Source: Rhodohalobacter sp.
Lineage (GTDB): Bacteria; Bacteroidota; Rhodothermia; Balneolales; Balneolaceae
DNA length: 64,000 bases
NCBI GenBank assembly: GCA_050486245.1
Contig: JBJHCX010000002.1
Location: forward strand, 117,448-181,447
Direction: 5' to 3'
The notes under the pieces were generated by a model. That model did no database searches. It was not told the origin of the DNA and worked only from the letters and a program-made list of their open reading frames with translations. Positions 60,494 to 64,000 of the stretch are shown here, one piece after another. The stretch's first letter is position 1. Every line of letters begins with the position of its first letter. The translations under genes were made by a program, and so were the position numbers.

Positions 60494-61738
60494 ATGAACA
60501 AAGCGGCAACACATATCCAGACTGTCGATTTTGCCCGGATCCGTAAGGATTTCTCCGTTCTCGGGCGTGAGGTGAATGGAAAACCGCTGGTCTACCTGGA
60601 CAATGCAGCTTCCAGCCAGATGCCTGCCCGGGTGGCAGAGCGCATCGACCGCTATCACCGCCTGGAACACGCAAATGTTCACAGGGGAATTCATACCCTG
60701 AGTCAGACGGCGACCGATTACTATGAAGAGACCCGGAAAAAAGTAAAAGAATTTATCCACGCCGGAAGCGAGAATGAAATTATCTACACCACCGGCACGA
60801 CCGACTCGATCAACCTGGTTGCCAACTCCTACGGCCTGACAAACTTCTCGGAAGGGGATGAGATTATCCTTTCCCAGATGGAGCATCATGCCAATATTGT
60901 TCCCTGGCAGATGATTGCCAAAAAGACGGGTGCCGTTATCAAGGTGATTCCGGTTACCGATTCGGGGGAACTCGATATGGATGCTTACCGGGAGCTGCTG
61001 GGCAGCCGGACCAGGATGGTTGCGGTTGTTCATGTCTCAAATGCCCTGGGTACGGTAAACCCCGTGAAGGAGATTACACAACTTGCCCATGAGCATGATG
61101 CAGCAGTACTGATTGATGGTGCACAATCCATTCCTCATACACCGATCAACGTGCAGGAGATCGGGTGTGACTTTTTCGCATTTTCAGCCCATAAAATGTG
61201 TGGCCCGACCGGCTTCGGTATTCTATATGGAAAAAAGGAGCTGCTGGATAAGATGCCGCCATATCGGGGCGGAGGTGATATGATCGACAAGGTCAGTTTT
61301 GAAGAGACAACTTATAATGTGCCTCCGTTTCGCTTTGAAGCAGGTACCCCGCCAATCTCTGCCGGCATTGGGCTGGGTGCTGCCATCGACTACCTGAATG
61401 AGATCGGCATGGATCACATTGCCCGGCAGGAGGAGGAACTGGTGCAGTACGCTGCAGGCCGGCTGGCGGAGATCGACGGATTGCGGTTTATCGGAAATGC
61501 TGAAAAGAGAGCTTCAGTCTGTTCATTTGTGATAGACGGAATCCACGCAACTGATATCGGAACGCTGCTCGACAAACAGGGCATCGCTATCCGAACAGGT
61601 CACCATTGTGCGCAACCGGTGCTTAAAAGGTTCAATGTGCCATCAACGGCACGGGCATCGGTCTCATTTTACAACAACAAAGAAGATATTGACCGATTGA
61701 TCGAAGGAATTCACTACGTGAAGACTTTTTTTGAGTAA
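60494..61738 (+). CDS. sufS: Cysteine desulfurase SufS
   Basis: YLDNAA, NVHRG, EHHANIVPW, SAHK (PLP Lys), RTGHHCAQP. Confidence 0.97.
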   Translation: MNKAATHIQTVDFARIRKDFSVLGREVNGKPLVYLDNAASSQMPARVAERIDRYHRLEHANVHRGIHTLSQTATDYYEETRKKVKEFIHAGSENEIIYTTGTTDSINLVANSYGLTNFSEGDEIILSQMEHHANIVPWQMIAKKTGAVIKVIPVTDSGELDMDAYRELLGSRTRMVAVVHVSNALGTVNPVKEITQLAHEHDAAVLIDGAQSIPHTPINVQEIGCDFFAFSAHKMCGPTGFGILYGKKELLDKMPPYRGGGDMIDKVSFEETTYNVPPFRFEAGTPPISAGIGLGAAIDYLNEIGMDHIARQEEELVQYAAGRLAEIDGLRFIGNAEKRASVCSFVIDGIHATDIGTLLDKQGIAIRTGHHCAQPVLKRFNVPSTARASVSFYNNKEDIDRLIEGIHYVKTFFE

Positions 61739-61812
61739 TCCTGCGGATGGATTTAAACCAATTATAAATAATCTGATCATTGATTCGTTTTTAAGAAAAA
61801 AGGTAACACATT

Positions 61813-62364
61813 ATGCCAAAAATTAAAGAAATAGAACGAACACCGAACCCGGACGCCATGAGGTTTGTACTGGGTGAGCCCCTTACCAACGGAGTGACAA
61901 AATCTTTCGAAAACAGCGGAGAGGCCCAGTCGGATGAACTGGCAAAAGCACTGTTTGCAATTGATCATGTGATCAATGTCTACTATGTGGATAAATATGT
62001 AACCGTCACACAAGACGGCAACGCCGTATGGTCTGACCTGCTGCGCAAACTGGCTCCGCCCATCCGTGAAGCAACCCCTCAGCTTGACAGCGTTGAAGAT
62101 GATGAAGTTCATGCAACCAAAGAGGTTCAGGAGTCGGACGATCCCCGCCTTCAGCAGATTAACCAAATGCTCGACGAACAGGTGAGGCCATACCTTCTTG
62201 CCGATGGCGGCGGGCTGAAGGTGCTTAGCCTGGAAGGAAACCGTCTGAAGGTACACTATCAGGGTGCCTGCGGTACGTGTCCGACAGCCACAACCGGTAC
62301 GCTCTACGCCATTGAGAGCATGGTGAAGCGAATTGATCCTGAAATTCAGGTGATCTCGGTTTAA
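61813..62364 (+). CDS. NifU/Nfu-type Fe-S carrier (Nfu_N + NifU_C)
   Basis: TPNPDAMRF; VRPYL..DGG; GACGTCP. Confidence 0.92.
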   Translation: MPKIKEIERTPNPDAMRFVLGEPLTNGVTKSFENSGEAQSDELAKALFAIDHVINVYYVDKYVTVTQDGNAVWSDLLRKLAPPIREATPQLDSVEDDEVHATKEVQESDDPRLQQINQMLDEQVRPYLLADGGGLKVLSLEGNRLKVHYQGACGTCPTATTGTLYAIESMVKRIDPEIQVISV

Positions 62365-62424
62365 TGAAATTTTTGAACCGGCAGACTCCGGTTCAGCATT
62401 GTGATTCAAAACCCTTACAGAAGT

Positions 62425-62760
62425 ATGTCGATTACAATCAGCGAACGAGCAGCGAATCGAATTAATGAAATTCGCCGCAATCAAAATTTTTCAGACGAAG
62501 TGCCGCTGCGGGTTTCAGTCGTAAGCGGAGGATGTTCCGGCCTGACCTATGACCTGAAGTTTGATGACAGCCGGCAGGTTTCGAAAGAAGACAAGCTGTT
62601 TGAAGATAACGGGGTAAAGGTTGTTGTGGATATGAGAAGCTTTCTCTATCTGGCCGGTACAAACCTGGATTATACCGACGGACTCGAAGGGCAGGGGTTC
62701 CACTTCTACAACCCGAATGCCGTACGGAGCTGCTCCTGCGGTGAATCATTTTCGCTTTAA
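62425..62760 (+). CDS. HesB/IscA/SufA A-type Fe-S carrier
   Basis: GGCSG, NPNA..SCSCGESF; ATG 62425. Confidence 0.94.
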   Translation: MSITISERAANRINEIRRNQNFSDEVPLRVSVVSGGCSGLTYDLKFDDSRQVSKEDKLFEDNGVKVVVDMRSFLYLAGTNLDYTDGLEGQGFHFYNPNAVRSCSCGESFSL

Positions 62761-62812
62761 CTCGATCAGTCCGTTACTTTAACAGGGCTGATATTCAAGA
62801 ATCCGCATTTCT

Positions 62813-63316
62813 ATGTCAGAAATTGTAAACAAAGTTAAACAGTCGAAGCTGGAAACCATTGATTTGGAGAAGTATGCCGAGGGAATTGAACTCCATGAAC
62901 TGGATCTGAAAGAGTTTCTGTTTCAGGGGCTGATCCTGAAAGAGGCAGAGTTCCGGGAAAAGACGGAGCAGTTCGATTGGTCACAATATGCCGGCGGATA
63001 TCTGACACTCTACTGTTCGACCGATGCGATTATCCCCAAATGGGCCTATATGCTGATTGTGCAGCTGGCCAGCGAACATGCAACGGATATCCTTTACGGC
63101 TCGAGAGAGGAGGCCCTTCGCCAGATTTTCAGACAAAAACTGGACCAGGTTGACTGGAGCCGCTATGATGACCGCTTTGTCCTCTTGAAAGGGTGCAGCA
63201 AACTCGACGTGCCGGCCGATATCTATATGTATGCCACAAAAAAACTTCTTCCTCACGTCAGGAAGCTGATGTACGGAGAAGCCTGTTCAAACGTGCCGGT
63301 ATACCGAAAAAAATGA
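62813..63316 (+). CDS. DUF2480 family protein
   Basis: IVNKV..S.L.TIDLE, CSTDAIIPKWAYML, KGCS, MYGEACSNVP. Confidence 0.85.
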   Translation: MSEIVNKVKQSKLETIDLEKYAEGIELHELDLKEFLFQGLILKEAEFREKTEQFDWSQYAGGYLTLYCSTDAIIPKWAYMLIVQLASEHATDILYGSREEALRQIFRQKLDQVDWSRYDDRFVLLKGCSKLDVPADIYMYATKKLLPHVRKLMYGEACSNVPVYRKK

Positions 63317-63366
63317 CCCTGGTCCCGACAATTCCTGAAGGCATCACGTCAGGCAGCTGTGCACAT

Positions 63367-64000
63367 CTATGTTTTGGAGCTTACCTTTCGGGTTTTGGCG
63401 ATCGACCGGCTTAATATAATGACCGGGACGAGCCCTACCAGTATAATTGCCAGGGCAGCTCCAGATGACTCTGCCAGCCTTTCATCCGAAGCCAGCCGGT
63501 AGACCTGAACGGCCAGTGTATCGAAATTGAAGGGTCGTACAATCAGTGTCGCGGGCAACTCTTTGATCACATCGACTACCACCAGCATAATTGCGGCAAA
63601 AAGGCTGCCCGACATCATTGGCATGTGGATTTTTCGCAAAATTTTGCCAAAACTGAATCCCATTCCCTCTGCGGCTTCATCCATGTTAGGGGTAATTTTG
63701 CCCAGGCTGGCCTCAACGGTATTAAAAGCAACAGCCAGAAATCGAACCACATAGGCAAAAATCAGGGCAAAAATGGTGCCGCTGAGTATCAGTCCGGAAG
63801 AGATACCTGCATTCTCCCTTAGCCAGCTGTCTATGGTGTTATCAACCCAGCCAAAAGGGATCAATATCCCAACTGCGATGACTGAACCCGGAATTGCATA
63901 CCCCATCGCCCCGATCCGGGTGGATGCACGGGTAAGATAGCTTGGATTGAGCCGCACACCGTAAGCCATAATCATGGCCACCAACAGGGCCAGCAGGCCG
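63367..64000 (-). CDS. Fe3+ ABC transporter permease (FbpB/FutB-like), 5' end outside the window
   Basis: GYAIPGSVIA, MDEAA..MG (EAA loop), KELPATL.VRPFNFDTLA. Confidence 0.9.
   Translation of the reverse strand, partial: GLLALLVAMIMAYGVRLNPSYLTRASTRIGAMGYAIPGSVIAVGILIPFGWVDNTIDSWLRENAGISSGLILSGTIFALIFAYVVRFLAVAFNTVEASLGKITPNMDEAAEGMGFSFGKILRKIHMPMMSGSLFAAIMLVVVDVIKELPATLIVRPFNFDTLAVQVYRLASDERLAESSGAALAIILVGLVPVIILSRSIAKTRKVSSKT

Overview
Core-genome bacterial chromosome segment. Gene content and protein style point to the FCB group, most likely Balneolaceae/Rhodohalobacter-like (an inference). It holds about 55 CDSs. In order: pcrA/uvrD (cut by the left edge and missing from the ORF track), glycerate kinase, an orphan ECF sigma, ispA-bamD-nadD-ldcA, a fused 2-oxoacid dehydrogenase E1, a speD-pdaD-speE polyamine cluster, hypothetical-ybeY-divergent topoisomerase IA-DUF445, a TMEM260-like DUF2723 GT-C protein, two NSS transporters, an envelope block (bPH_2, msrB, PagL-like, TonB receptor, DUF2752-TM2-HD, DUF4097-PP2C-barrel, mltG), metG/efp-accBC-gcvH-guaA, greA-ugd-uxs...pta, sufBCDS-nfu-iscA-DUF2480 and a truncated Fe3+ ABC permease. 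I saw no rRNA, tRNA, CRISPR array, transposase or prophage. Best leads: (1) a shrunken type IA topoisomerase homologue coupled to ybeY; (2) a catalytically dead caspase-like lipoprotein; (3) a structured ~160-nt sRNA candidate; (4) a recurring TG(A/T)AAC-N16-CGT ECF promoter before envelope genes; (5) small ORFs inside the polyamine cluster; (6) structured leaders before greA and sufB. All family calls come from motif recognition by eye; no database searches were run.
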